This document shows, piece by piece, positions 38,006-50,568 of a stretch of DNA of 64,000 bases. The DNA comes from Phyllosticta citribraziliensis (lineage: Eukaryota), in the NCBI RefSeq assembly GCF_038025025.1, contig NW_027117341.1, forward strand, positions 1,488,001 through 1,552,000, given 5' to 3'. A program made the position numbers and the translations under genes. The stretch's first letter is position 1; every line of letters begins with the position of its first letter. Under the pieces are notes generated by a model. That model saw only the letters and a list, made by a program, of their open reading frames with translations, was not told the DNA's origin and did not search any database.

Positions 38006-39100
38006 ATGCCGTTCTTGGGTCTGCCCGCTCTCCAGAAGCAGAGCCTGCTCGTAGAATTGTACGTCCGTCTGTCCCCTCGTCGGGCCGCTTCCTCCCCCCC
38101 CCCCCCCCCCCCCTCCTAACCTCGTTGAAACAGCGCGAGCCTGCGTCACGGCTGCCCTGACGGCGTCTACGTGAGCATTACCCCTGGCGACCCCTCGCTG
38201 TGGACTGGAGTCTTGTTTGTCCGAAAAGGTGCGCTGTTCGACGACTGACTTTTCCATACGCTTTGAAACACCATCAATGGGAACCTTTTGACTTTTGCGC
38301 CCTTCCCTTCCCCTTCACTGCGCTCAGCTGACGTTGGCCCGCCGTTTCAAGGCCCGTATGCACCCGCCATCCTTCGACTTCAGATTTCTTTTCCATCTGC
38401 CTATCCCGCCGTGCCTCCGCTCGTAACCTTCTCCACCGATGTCTTTCATCCGTTGGTCACGCCTCTCACCACGTATACTTATACGACCGGCTCGGCCACC
38501 GGCGACACTGTCAGTGCTACCGACGAGGACCGACTGCCGCCTGGAGGCTTCAGTTTAAGACATGGTTTCCCCCAATGGTTTGAGCGCAGCCACCGCGGTG
38601 CGACTCGAACCACGACACTGCAAGTTCCAGGCACTAATGGCGGTGAGCCCAACGCGGCAGCAAACTTCCAGCCTCCGCCCATAGCAAAGTTGCTCAAGTA
38701 TATTCAAGCTTCGTTTGCCGACGAGTCTATCCTGGATTCGGTCACGGCCGACTCTGCCGCTAATCCCGGCGCTTACCATGCTTGGCGTTCATACAGAGAA
38801 ACTCGCTTGGCCGGAGAGCTCCAACCCATGACCAAGCCCAGCTCTGCCCCGACCGACAGGTCTCGCCGCCCCGGCGAATGGAACTGGGAAGGCGTCTGGG
38901 AGGAAAGAGTTAAAAAGGGCATCCAAAGCAGCACTTCGGACTCGGTCTTGTATGGCGCCGGGGCTGAGGGTGACGATGTGGTGAGTTTGCTCCATGCAAA
39001 AATCACTCCGCGCAAACGCTCACGCGAGTAGGTGCGCTTTGCCCAAATCGACAAGGAGACGTTTGAAAAAGCAAAAGCACGTTTATTGAAGCCAACTTGA
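38006..39100 (+). CDS. FTS/AKTIP-like inactive ubiquitin-conjugating enzyme variant (candidate FHF complex subunit)
   Basis: Spliced MPFLGLPALQKQSLLVEF-ASLRHGCPDGVYVSITPGDPSLWTGVLFVRK-GPYAPAILRLQISFPSAYPAVPPLVTFSTDVFHPLV, with no catalytic Cys after HPL. Introns 38059-38133, 38229-38351 and 38981-39031. Confidence 0.82.
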
Positions 39101-39426
39101 TCAACTTGGATAGAATGGAGAATACAGGCGCAATTGCAACAGAGCTTGTCGTTGTTGGTAGTGGATTGGGTCTTTGCGCGCGCAGTCTCTTCAGGTCGCC
39201 CTCAACCATGAGATGCGCCGGCTCCTTCTTCCCCCGCATGGTGCCAGTCGAAAGGGCAAGAACCATTCGCGGGGTCTGATGACACTGGAAGGCCCCACTT
39301 GCCAGTCCTCTATCTGGTAATTTGATCGCACCTTCCAGTCCCGGACGCTGACCAAGTTATTCCGTCACTGCTCAAATCATGATCCAAGACAACGACGGCT
39401 TGTAAACCGCGCCCCCCCCCCCCAAA

Positions 39427-42400
39427 ATGCTGCCCAACGCCAAATCTGCGATGCCGCTTCCCGCAAATGCTCGGTCGACCAGCGAGATCAAGGTCCGAAA
39501 GAGACGAGAAAACAGATCGTCTGCTTCGAGCTTCAGCGCCAACCAGGTTCTCGACGAAGCTGACAAGTGTTCGACCAAGATTCCGTCTTCTTACAGCCTG
39601 CGGTCAGACGACGCCCAGGAATCTTTGTCTGCTGCCAGCTTGTCTCTCAACCCGGCTCCCCAAAGCGTTCCTAAACGGAGGTCGTCCAAAAAGGTTCTTG
39701 CAAAGGTGTTGGGTACAATCCAAAACAACAAGACACCCTCCCTGCAGACGCCGGTGCGCAATGGCCAATCCGACGGCAATCTATTCCGAAAGCTGTCTAT
39801 GAAGAGCAAATCTACGCTTCACCCTCGTTCAAGAAGCTCAGAAGTCTCGCTTACAGTGTCTCCGTGAGTTTGGAGACCTTGGCGCGCACTGGAGATGTTT
39901 CTCCCCGACTCATCATCAACCTTGCTTTAACGACGCTAACGCTGCCGAGTGCCCTGAACACGACGAATAGTCATTCTACTCCCAAGGTCCGCCCAAGTCT
40001 CAGTGCCTTTTCGGGTGGCGTGCCTCACTCTCCCTCTCCCTTGACCGCTGGCTCCCGTACTCCTCCACAGACAAGCTTCACGAACAGAGCACCGCCGATC
40101 CTCACCGTTGATCTTAATGTGATGTCAGAACTGGAAACCTTGAGTCTGTATGAAGAGCGGGTCATGTGGGTTGCCGTCGAAGCGAGCGGTGTCGTGAGGT
40201 CGAGGGATGAGCCTAGCAAGGTGTTGGGAGTCGGCTTGGATGTCGTGGTGGTTCTTGACAACTCGTATGTCAAAACCCCATGTTGACATCATGACCCCCA
40301 CTCACACTTGGCTTACTTTTCGTCAAGCCGATTCGCCTCTCCAGAGTGTCTCGAGATTGCCTGCGACGTGGCTCTCCACATTGCCGAGTTGAGCACTGAA
40401 ACTGATGATCGGATCGCCCTCTTCTGCACGAGCTGTCGCCATTTCCCGAATGTCGCAAAACCCTCAGGTTGCCTACTCCATCCTCTTCGACCAGCGAACC
40501 TTGCTTCCATCAGGAACGAAATTGCGAGCATCAAAAGTTTGGCCGAGCAGCCTCCGCCGGCCTCTTCGGATCTGCGCGAAACTCTACTCGAGGCCATCAA
40601 AGTTTTAAATGAGCCGAATGATAGGTCCGTTGAGCCTCTGCGGCGGGAGCGGAGCCACGTCTTTGTCCTGTCTCCGCGGATGATTGGGCAAGACTTGGCC
40701 AATGAGGTCCTCGAGCTACCCAAACTCCATTGCGTCTGTACCGCGGCCATCCCCTACCATCAGACCACGTGTCCTGCTTCCAATGAAGGGATACTGCCTT
40801 TGGCTCTTCGCCTCAACTTTGACCAGACTGGAGTTGCTAAAACAGATTGCGACCATCTGTCGGCACAGGTTACCGACGTGCTCGCTTATGCGAGGATGGG
40901 AGATTCTCCTGGCCACATCACTGACCTCCAGCTTGATATCAGGTCATCCACTGGCTGTGCTGTAGAGAGCATGCTTGGTACGCTTTCCTGTGAGGTTCTC
41001 AACCCTGGACAGACGGTCTCATCTCTGGTGAGAGTCAAGGTTCCAGCAGTCTTACCTCCGCATAAGATGCCGGCAAGTGTGGTTCGCAATGTCGATGACG
41101 CCTTTGCCGACTTGGAGCTGCTCCTAGGCGAGACCGTGACAAAACTATTCACCGTGAAAGCTCACTACAGACAATCACTTTTTCCAGAAAACAACTTCAT
41201 AACGGTGGAGAGCCGTTGCCAGATCAAGAGGCCGAATCCGCTCTCGTCATGGAGCATTTCGCCCCCAAAGGACATTTTTTACGCGTTGAGAGCCGAAGCA
41301 GAACTTTACAAGCGCTTCGTTTTCCTTGTGGCAACCCAAGACCCGCCACTGGTTGCGCTGGAGACTCTAGCAACCTTTTACGAAAACAAGCGCTGCTCAC
41401 TACCGTGCTCCGGCTACATTGAGCGCGTGCGAACAGAGCTGCTCCACCAGCTGGAAGCACAAACACCAGTCCCGTCCGTCATGAGTGTCAGGAACGGCCC
41501 ATCCACCCCAACCCAATCGCAGCACTCAACCCCCGAGGGACTCGCTACTCCACGGCACATTGATGCCCATCAACCTCGACACTACCTGTCGCATCCTCAC
41601 TTTTCCTTTTCTCCGCGCGACAGTCTGCGCTTCACGGCGCGCAAGCCTCCCACGCCGACGCCCCAGACCGTCCAACGCGCCTCCTCCGCCTCGCCCGTTT
41701 TGCTGTCTATAGCCAAACAGCCCCCGCAGCCGTCCTCGCCCTGCTCCACCGCTCGCTTCATCGACACGCCGCTCCCAAGCTCTGCTGCCATGGCGCGTGG
41801 CGCTGCTTCTGCTGTGCTCGTGGCGTCTGGGTCGCCCGGCGGCAGCGGCCTCAACCTTGCCAACAGCAGCGCCGACGGTGCCATGATGTTGACCAGCGTC
41901 GTCGACTCGCCGAAGACGGCTACTTCGGCGTCGTCGTCGCCCATTGACGAGGCCCGCGCCATCTGGCGCCACATGCGGCGCAACGTGTCGATGCGCGGCC
42001 GCACGACGGCTGCCAGCGGCGCGCGCAATGCCGTGCCCTCGTGGCCGGCTGGGTACCGGCGGTCGACAGTCGTGGCTGGCGAGGCTGTTGCTGGCGGCGG
42101 TGATGGTGGCGGCGGCGCTCGTGTCCATGTCGATGGCGATGTGGATATGGGCCTGCGTGAGATGAGCGCCGGCATTGGTGGTGGCTGTGGTGGTGGCTCG
42201 TGGACCTCGTCATCGTCATCGTCACTCTTTCCTGTCATTAGCCCGGGCGGTACCAGCACCAGCACCCCTCGCACCATCACTACTATCACTACAGCAGCTA
42301 ACACCACTACCACTACGACACCATCTTCAACGCCGACAGCCGCAGCCGTCGGCCGGGCGCTTGTGCGCGAGCGCCGCGAAAGAAGGGAACGCGAGTGGAA

Positions 42401-42506
42401 ACGCAAGGCGCTGCTGAATAAACGCAGCTTGGGCGCCGATACGCTGAGGAGTTTGGCCATGGGTGGGGAGTTGGAGGTGGGGGCCTTTGATGGGGAGGGG
42501 TGGTGA
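39427..42506 (+). CDS. Hypothetical protein with a degenerate von Willebrand A-like domain and S/P/T-rich tail
   Basis: Three ORFs join in phase through introns 39864-39970 and 40265-40327. MWVAVEASGVV...GLDVVVVLDNS...DDRIALF...SHVFVLS resembles the vWA strand pattern. Confidence 0.72.
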
Positions 42507-42549
42507 GTGAGCTATGGGGAGAGAAAGGGCAGGGGAAAGGGCCAGGGGG

Positions 42550-43000
42550 GGGGAGGGTGAAAGTAGGGGATAGTAGGATAGTAGCCTTAAGTTACATACT
42601 AAAGCAAATCAAGGAAGAAAACTACTCCATTATTTACCTCCTTTATGGTGCACGTCATGCATGACCCCGCACGTATTGCTGCCTACCTACCTCATTCACT
42701 ACTTGCCTAATATCTTGTCCCCTTCCTTTTCCCTAGCTAGCCCTATGTTCCTCTTCTACCTCTTCTACTACTAGCTACGCAGATAGTCCACCGTTTAAGT
42801 ACTAAGGGGGGGGCAGGTAAGTAGGCACATAGAGAATTACTAAATCTAGACGATACATTAGAAAAGAAGTAAATAGTTACTTTTTCAATTCTTAGGATAT
42901 ATCTCAACTCTTACCCCTTCCTTACATGACTCCCTATAAACTACATCCATACTACTATTCCTAGCCAGCCCTATATAGTACGACTACTCCTGCTCTTCCT
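42550..43000. other. AT-rich, TpA-enriched patch resembling RIP-mutated DNA
   Basis: Dense TAG/CTA/TAA words against a GC-rich background; no ORF or terminal repeat. Confidence 0.5.
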
Positions 43001-43892
43001 TGTTGAGATGTTTTAGAGCGTTAGGTGTGGATTTGTTGGAGACTGTCTGTTTTAGAGCCGTGTCGTTTTTCTGTTTCTCTAATCATCATTATTTTATTCC
43101 TCTTCTCTCTGTTTTTAGAGCGAGCCATTTCATCATCAGCGTCATCATCAGCGCCAGGACTCTCACCAACGCCGTCTCCTATCTCTCATCTCTCATCATC
43201 ATCATTATCCCCCCAGCCCCACCACGGATAGATCAATAGAAACGCCATCCCACCACGACGCCATCAAAGACGCCTGTCTACCTGCCTCCCTACCCCGCCT
43301 ACTACTGAACGAACGCCTCAACTCCTCAACATAGCAGACACGTCCATCGCTACAAACAACTCAGGAAAAAGAAAGGAACCGTCATAGCAAGAGCTTCTCG
43401 ACCGCTGGCTCCACACTTCTCTTCTGCCTCCTCACTAAGTCACTCCTTCACTAACTCCTCGCTCACCCCCGCACGCACACATGCGTCGTCGTCATCATTA
43501 TCATCATCATTCAGTACCCAAAGAAAGCCCAAGATGCAAATGACATTCAAACTTTTTCTGTCTATGGAGGGAGGGAGGGGTTTGGGGCACATGCGCTCAT
43601 ACGCTCATTCATACCAGAGCAGACCAGAGCGGGCCAGCAGCAGTCTGCATCGTAAGAGGGAGAGTGAGAGGGAGGGAGTGCCTGCCAGCCATGCACAGCA
43701 CGACGCACGCACGCTGGCAGGATGCAACAAGGATGCACAAGAGAAGGATGTGAGGAAGGCTGGGGACGACGACGAGGAGGATGGACAACGACGAAGAAGG
43801 GGTATATCTATGATTGGCGAACACCTCGGAGGAAAATCGCAGGTACGGACGGGGAGGGTGACTGACGGCTCCAGACGGGTTGGTTGTTTGGT

Positions 43893-46362
43893 TCATGTAG
43901 CGACGTTGCGCTTTTCGCTCTCGGTCAGGTAGATGACCATGCGGTACACCTTCTTGACCAGCGGCTCGGCTTCGTCTTCGAGGAACTGCAAAACCAAGTT
44001 AGCATAGGATGAGGACAACGAGATAGAAACAAACTCACCTCCGAGATGGAATTGACCAGCTCCTGCGGATCGCCCTTGTTGCGAATGTGGTTCTCGATCA
44101 CCTCGACCACCATGTCCTCCTGCACGCCCAGCGCCTCCATGACCTTCTTGCCCAGGAACGGGTGGATCTGCTCGGTGATGGCCGAGTCGTCCAGGAAATC
44201 CCACAGCACTTTCCAGCTCCAGATGCCCTCCTTGTCCGTCGGAATCTCGCTGGCCAGCCGGCGCGCCGCCGCCTCGCGCTCCGCCGCCGACATGCCTGCT
44301 GTGTCGGCGGCGCTGCTGTCGTAGCTGAGCGGGATGAGCTTGCGCGGCGCCGCGTTGGCGTTGGCCGCGTCCTCCTCGTCTTCCAGGAGCCCTTCGACTT
44401 CGGCCGCCGTCCTGCGCGGTGCCTGTTCCTTGCGCTGCGAGGCGGCGGCGCCCAGCGAGATTTTGAATCGTTGAGGCTCCCGCGGCTGGGTAATGGCGGC
44501 CGGCTTGGGCGAGTCCTCGTCGCGAGCACGGGATTCGTTTGCGCCGCGCGTGTGCTCGGCCTGCTCCCGCTCGCGTGCCAGTTCCCTCTCCTCGGCCTGG
44601 CGATCCTTATCGTCGGCAGCCATCTCGCGCTGGCGGAAAGCGGCACGGTTGCGGATCCAGGCGGAGCGGTCCGCGTAGTACTCTTCGGTGCGGCGGGACG
44701 ATTCCACGTCGTCGTCCCACTCTGCCAGGCGCTTGCGCATGTCCTCCTTGTCGGCGCCAGCCCTGGCTTCTTCTTCTTCGTCCAGCCGCTTGAGACGGGC
44801 AATGGCAGCTCCCTTTTGCCGCTCCCTATTAAGCCAACGACGCTCAGCCTCACGATACGACTTTTCTTCCTCGTCTACCTTCTTCCTGCGGCGACGACGC
44901 TCGAGCTCCTCATCACTGGCCGAATCATCTTCGTCCGAGCGGTTGACGTATGGACAAGAATCGTGTGCCTGCACGAACGTGATGCCGTTGTGCTCCTTGC
45001 CAAAGCCCTTAGGTCCGCTTGGAGCACCTTCAACCCCCCGCTTGCTTGGGCCAAGTGGAATGCCATTAGCTCCACCACCAGGACCACTTGGGGCGGAGAC
45101 GGGGGGCGATGCCAGCCGGTTGATGCGATTGCCTGTGCTTCTTTGACGCTCCGAACGTTCCTGCTCTTCCAAGGTCTCAAGATCCTTGCGGACACTCCTC
45201 TCTCGAAAGGCGGCAATCTCTGCGGCGACCGTCTCGCGCATTTCAAGCGGAATGTCTGACAGCTCATCCTCCACGCTAAGGGGAATGGTGACGACCTCGC
45301 CAGTTGCGCCGTCGATTTTTGTCTCGGAACCGACCATTTTGATGTCACCATCCGAGTCGGGAATAGGTGCTTCGCGAGGACGTTTGAGGCTCTCCAAGAC
45401 AGACGTCAGTGCCTCCTTGGCTGTGTCGATGCGGAATTGAGATGCGGCCTCGTCTTCATCACGCTTCCCTTTCCACTCCTCGGCATATTTGAGCGAAGCA
45501 TTGTCGACTTTGACCTACATAACAGTTAGATTGGCCATGGTTTAGGCGACACACTTACTGCAAGATGTGCCATTTCCAGCTCCTCGTCCTCCGCCTTGAT
45601 CTTTTCAGGCTTCTTGGCCGGGACCTGGACGCCATCCTCCAGAATGGCAGCTGCCGTCTCCAAGCTCTCCGCATCCTCGTACTCCGCAAAGCCAAAGTTG
45701 CAAAATGTGTTTTCACTGTTGACGGGCCTGTCCCAGCGCCGCAGGTTACCAGCGCAAGTCAGGATCCTCTCGAGATCGTCGTTGGTCACAGCCTCGGGGA
45801 TGCTGCTGACGAAGATGGTGCGAGCAATCTCCTCCCTGGTCGGCGGCTGGAGCACAATCGACTCGCGTTGCTGGCGCTGAGAGTCGAGGCCTCTGTAGTC
45901 GCCGCCGAGCCCCGGACGCCGCCCGCCCGCCGACTGCGGCTCAGACCCGCCCTTGCGATCATCTTTTGCGCCGGGCCCCGTTGTACCCAGGCGAATGACG
46001 GGAGCGTTGAAGTTGATGTTTGGCATGCCGGCGGGCGGCGCAAAGCTTGGAGGCAGGTTTCCTGGCCGTGCGGGAAGGGGAGACTGCGATTGCTGCATGC
46101 CGGGCGGCGCGCTCATGCCGGGAGGCATCATGCCAGGCGGTGCACCTGTTTCTAGTCAGTCGGGTCGACGGTGTGGACGGCGGCGAGCTTCTCACCCATG
46201 CCGGGCGGCGGGGCCATGCCCGGAGGCGATCCGGCTGGAGGATAGCTGGCGTAACCAGGAGGACGGCCATATTGACCCGCAGCTGTGCAGCGTTAGCCAA
46301 GAGTGAATTGGAAGGAGGTTACGCGAGCTAGTGAGCTTTTGCGACGTACGGTAGTTGTACAT
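43893..46362 (-). CDS. U1 snRNP-associated RRM+PWI protein (Snu71/Usp107/RBM25-like)
   Basis: P/G/M-rich N-terminus, RRM-like TIFVSSIPE...FCNFGFAEYED, an R/E-rich middle and a PWI domain (EIPTDKEGIWSWKVLWDFLD...FLEDEAEPLVKKVYRMVI). Four introns. Confidence 0.88.
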
Positions 46363-46731
46363 GTCTGCGGTGGCTGCGCGGGATTTGATTCGGAGCGAGA
46401 GGAGGGGAAGAGATTGGTAAGCTCTTCGAGGAGAGAGGGGATGTGCGGTAGCAGCCGAGGCCTAGGGCGGAGGAGCTATTGAGCGCGTAAAGATGATTGT
46501 GCAGCGTGGTGTTGAGGCGCGTTGCTCCCGTCGGCGGAGCGACTTTCATGCAAATGGCCGCCTCGCACGCAGCCGAAGAACAGCCGCTGCTGGACCTGGA
46601 GCGCAGGCAGTGGACCTGGCCGATTTTCCCAGCTCACCACCAACCCGAGCTCATCCGTCAATTGACGCCGGAAGTGCACGCGACACGCCGACATCGATTC
46701 GAGACGCAACCTAAAGCTCTGCCAGCCCGCC

Positions 46732-47673
46732 ATGGATGTCCGACGGGTGGGAGAAGCGCTGCTGCGCTCGCATCCCACCAACCTCTTCTCCGCCTTCTCG
46801 CGGCCAACCCAGCAACGATCAAGACTCCTCTCCAACCGCAACGTCTCGAGACATATTTCAGAAACCAGCCGCCGCACATTCTCGAGCTCGACTTCGAGAC
46901 CACAGAAAAACGCCCCGAAAGAGGACGATTCGCCGCCTCAGAACTCCACAAAAGCTTCCGAGTCGCCGTCTGGCCAAGAACAACCGCAACAAACCCGCAA
47001 GATCGCCAACCCACTCTTCGGCAACATCTTGAACAGTACCTTGGGCAGGAGCGGCGTGAATGGCGAGACGACGAAGCAGAGAACAACAGCCAGCGGCAGC
47101 CGGAGCAACAACAACACCAACACCAAACAAACGAAACCCTCTTCATTGGACTTTCTTCGCAGCCAAGCACAAAAGGGCAGCAGCCTGGACGACGCCGGGA
47201 CACAGCACGCCGCCGCCATGACCGCCCAGCACGCCTCCTCCTCCACGAAGCAGCCAACCAACTACGTCAACATACGCGAGATGCTCAAAAACACGATCCT
47301 AGAGAGCAAGCAGGGGCTCCCTCCGCGCAGCGGCGCGTGGAAATTCCCAGCAGGCGGCGCGTCCGCCGCCGCGGCCGCCGACGTCAAGCACTCGCTCATG
47401 GAGCCGCCCGACGTCGACAACCTGCCGCGCCTGGGGCCCTCGTACGGCCGCACCGTCGCCGTCTACGACACCGACCTGCCCGGCGCCCTGCGCCGCATGG
47501 ACATGCGCGTCAACTCCAACGGCATCCGCAAGGCGTACCACTCGCAAAAGTTCCACGAGCGGCCCGGCTTGAAGCGCAAGCGCCTCGCCAGCGCCCGCTG
47601 GCGGAACCGCTTCATGCAGGGCTTTAAGGCTACGGTGCAGACGGTTAAGCATTTGAAGAGGCAGGGGTGGTGA
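46732..47673 (+). CDS. MRP21: Mitochondrial small-subunit ribosomal protein bS21m (MRP21-like)
   Basis: C-terminal S21 domain PRLGPSYGRTVAV...QKFHERPGLKRKRLASARWRNRFMQGF...LKRQGW and an R/S-rich presequence. Confidence 0.88.
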   Translation: MDVRRVGEALLRSHPTNLFSAFSRPTQQRSRLLSNRNVSRHISETSRRTFSSSTSRPQKNAPKEDDSPPQNSTKASESPSGQEQPQQTRKIANPLFGNILNSTLGRSGVNGETTKQRTTASGSRSNNNTNTKQTKPSSLDFLRSQAQKGSSLDDAGTQHAAAMTAQHASSSTKQPTNYVNIREMLKNTILESKQGLPPRSGAWKFPAGGASAAAAADVKHSLMEPPDVDNLPRLGPSYGRTVAVYDTDLPGALRRMDMRVNSNGIRKAYHSQKFHERPGLKRKRLASARWRNRFMQGFKATVQTVKHLKRQGW

Positions 47674-48096
47674 GGTGGGCGTGGTTGGATGCGTCATGGG
47701 CGTTGAGCATGGAAGGGGAAATGGGTATGCTGGTCAAAATGGCATGGAGACGTCAGGTCGATCTAAGGATTTGACAGAAAGGAAGACGGACAGACGACGT
47801 CATGGGCAGTGGTGGTCGGTGGACCCTACAGTAAGCTGAGAACACAGAAAAAAATGTACTGATTACCGGCATATGAACGCTTTTCAATTTCCAATGCGAA
47901 CGGAAGGAGACATTGATGATGCAGAGATTCTACCAGCGCGACGCCCAAAGCCCGCCAGACAGGCAGGCAGCAAGAAGGAAACACCGTATTTACAAAGCCA
48001 GCCCAGTCCCATATCAACAGCACATGGCCAGTTCAGTCCAGATCAACAATCTAACGACCAGAAGCACACTCCCAGCTCAACCCCTACCTACATCGT

Positions 48097-49341
48097 TCAG
48101 AAGCCCCTGGACCGGCTCCTCCCCCCAAAATGCCACCCCCCAACACTAAACCTGCGCCCGTGGCCTCGCCCCCCAGCGCTCCCAGCAACACCAGCCGCCG
48201 GCATCGCGCCCGCACCGCCCGTCATGAACCTGACGGCGCCCGCACTGCCGCTACCGAGCAAGCGGCCGCCAAACGCCGTCCCGCCACCGCCCAGTCCGAA
48301 GCCGCGCGCGTCGACCTCATGGCGGAAGTGGCCCCAGCTGCGCTCGCGGTCCTCCCAGTCCGTCATCTGCGCGAAGAGGAAGTCCCACGCCCGGCCCTCG
48401 GCTTGCATGCGCTCGGCGTGCTCGTGGCGCCGGCACGCCTCGCGGTAGAGTCGCTGCTGGCGCGCGCGGCGCGCGGCTGCTTCGCCGACGAGCGAGGGGT
48501 CTTCGAGGGGGGAGGGGGCTGCGCTGCTTGGTGGTGAGGAGGTGGTGGTGGCAGTAGTGCCGTTGCTGGGAGCAGGGGGAGGCGACGTCGAGGCGACTGC
48601 GGGGATGGAGCTTGCGGCCGTGGTGGTGGTGGTAGGGACTGGGGGGGATAATGAAGGTGGCGGCGGTGACGTCGACGACGACGACGGCGGCGCCGTTGCT
48701 ACCATTGGCGACGTGGGGCGCAGGGCTTCCGCCGACGGCGAGCTCATGGCGAGAGCGGGCGGCGACGGCGTCCGGAGTGCGTCACTGTTGTTGCTGTTGC
48801 TGCCGCCGTGCTGCTCGAACAGCGCGACGGTGCGCTGCGCGCTCTGCATGCTCACGGCGCGACTGGCGCGGCGCCGCGCCACGTTCTGGTACTGCTGGCG
48901 CGCGTGCGAGCTGTGGATGCTGCTCCAGTGGTTGATGCTGCTCGGATTCGGTTCGATGAAGTGCGCGCTGCGCGACTCGAAGCCCGGCGCGAAGCTGCGC
49001 GGCGCGGGCAGGCCTTGGCTCCTAGGGACGGTGGGGTCTTGCGGGGGCTCCGCAGAGGCAGGAGGGACATTGTTATTGTTTCTGCTGCTGGCATTGGTGG
49101 TGGGAGAGGACGCCGTTGGCCGCAGGCGCGGAGGGGCCGAGATGTCGAGCAGTGATGTACTGATGATGTACTGCGGAGGCGAGGCGGCAGAGTCGACCAG
49201 CGTCGAGCAGCGGGAATGATAGGTGGGCGCGTCCGACCTGTACGAGGGAGCCGACGAGATGATGGAGCTCGTCTCCGGATCGCGTTGGTACAGAGGGAGT
49301 GGCTCAAAGTCGAGCGGCGTCTCGGTGATGTTGCATGTCAT
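48097..49341 (-). CDS. Hypothetical fungal protein
   Basis: ORF from ATG 49341 with GC3 bias. Structured islands SIISSAPSYRSDAPTY, HARQQYQNVARRRA and LEDPSLVGEAAARRARQQRLY...WDFLFAQMTDWEDRERSW sit among low-complexity tracts. Confidence 0.7.
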   Translation of the reverse strand: MTCNITETPLDFEPLPLYQRDPETSSIISSAPSYRSDAPTYHSRCSTLVDSAASPPQYIISTSLLDISAPPRLRPTASSPTTNASSRNNNNVPPASAEPPQDPTVPRSQGLPAPRSFAPGFESRSAHFIEPNPSSINHWSSIHSSHARQQYQNVARRRASRAVSMQSAQRTVALFEQHGGSNSNNSDALRTPSPPALAMSSPSAEALRPTSPMVATAPPSSSSTSPPPPSLSPPVPTTTTTAASSIPAVASTSPPPAPSNGTTATTTSSPPSSAAPSPLEDPSLVGEAAARRARQQRLYREACRRHEHAERMQAEGRAWDFLFAQMTDWEDRERSWGHFRHEVDARGFGLGGGGTAFGGRLLGSGSAGAVRFMTGGAGAMPAAGVAGSAGGRGHGRRFSVGGWHFGGRSRSRGF

Positions 49342-50568
49342 CCTGAAGGGACGTGGGGAGGAGCAAGAGGCCGGGGGACAGACAGCATGGAGAAAGCCGC
49401 GCGGAGAGAAAATAAGGGAAAAAAGAAGCAGCAAATCAAGGTTGCGGTTGATAAAGGAAAGCCTTGCGCCGACTTGGCGGTGGAGAAGGGCGTTAGATCT
49501 GTGGGGACGAGTGGTTGCCCGGAAGTGAAAGATAATGGTGAGGCCGCCCTTGCGTCGTGATGATGATGGTGATGCTAAAGAGAGAGTGAGTGAGGGCGTC
49601 AGGTCGGGTGCCACGAGCAGCAGCGATGAACTGGACGAGCAGGAATGGTCGACTATAAACGGTCGACTGGAGCAGGGCGGGGAACACACAGCCATCCCAC
49701 CCACTCCACAGAGGGAGGGCATGTGCCGCCGGCCGAAGCAATGGATGATGACGCTTTTAGAAAAGGCCCTCCCTGTTTGCTTCCCCCATCCTTGCACCAC
49801 CTGCAGCGCTCCGAGGCCTGAGCAATGACGGGCTCCATCTTTGGTTTGCAAACGTCTGCGACTGGAGCCAACCACAGTACCTTAGTCTTGCCGGATTCCT
49901 TGGCTCGCAGGATTGCCGTCTCCCGTCGGTCCGAGCCAGAGATTGATGGTTGTGCCTTTCTCTGTCTGTCTCTTGTCTGCCTGCATGTTTCACTCGGCCT
50001 CTTTGCAACCTGCAGGCCAAGCATGCAAGCGTGCCGTCTGCCGACTTGCTCGCATGACCACAGTGCAAGGTGGCGCCTCACTTGTCTCACTGCTCTTCCA
50101 AGGCCTAGGAACAAACACAATCAACAGAACGGCACCAGTCAGGAAGTATTCGTCTGCTTCAATTCGATAACTGATAAAGAGCATCCAAGCATCTGTGACA
50201 TGTCTCAGGGCTGTGTGTGCCACACGACTCCGTTCACTAGGCCTCCTCCAGTTGGGTGAGACATGTCAATCCTCTCTTTGCGCTAGCTCTTGCCGATTCA
50301 ACCATCTGTCTGTGTCTGTGTAAGTGACTGCAGTGGATGCTTTTTGCTCTTCGTGCTGAAAACAATCTTGCCCGTGACTCCATGCCCGCTGGTATACCAC
50401 CCAGTCCCTTTTCCGGAAAAAGTAAAAAAGCAATGTCTGTAGGGTATCAGCCAACACAAACGCCATTCCGCCCAAGGGGAAAAAATGAACAAGAAAAAAA
50501 AGTAGCCCCAAATTAAAAGCCGCCCAATCTCTCCTTCGCCGTGTCAGCTTGCCCGCTGAAAGTCAAAC

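Noticed and set aside
38094..38113. C20 run in an intron (and G-rich tracts at 62356-62500) as G-quadruplex elements
   Set aside because: Homopolymers and G-rich 3' ends are common throughout this window, so there is no specific support.
43010..43122. GTTTTAGAGC matches the start of the type II-A (Cas9) CRISPR repeat
   Set aside because: Only about 10 nt match, spacing is irregular, there is no full repeat or cas gene, and the context is eukaryotic.
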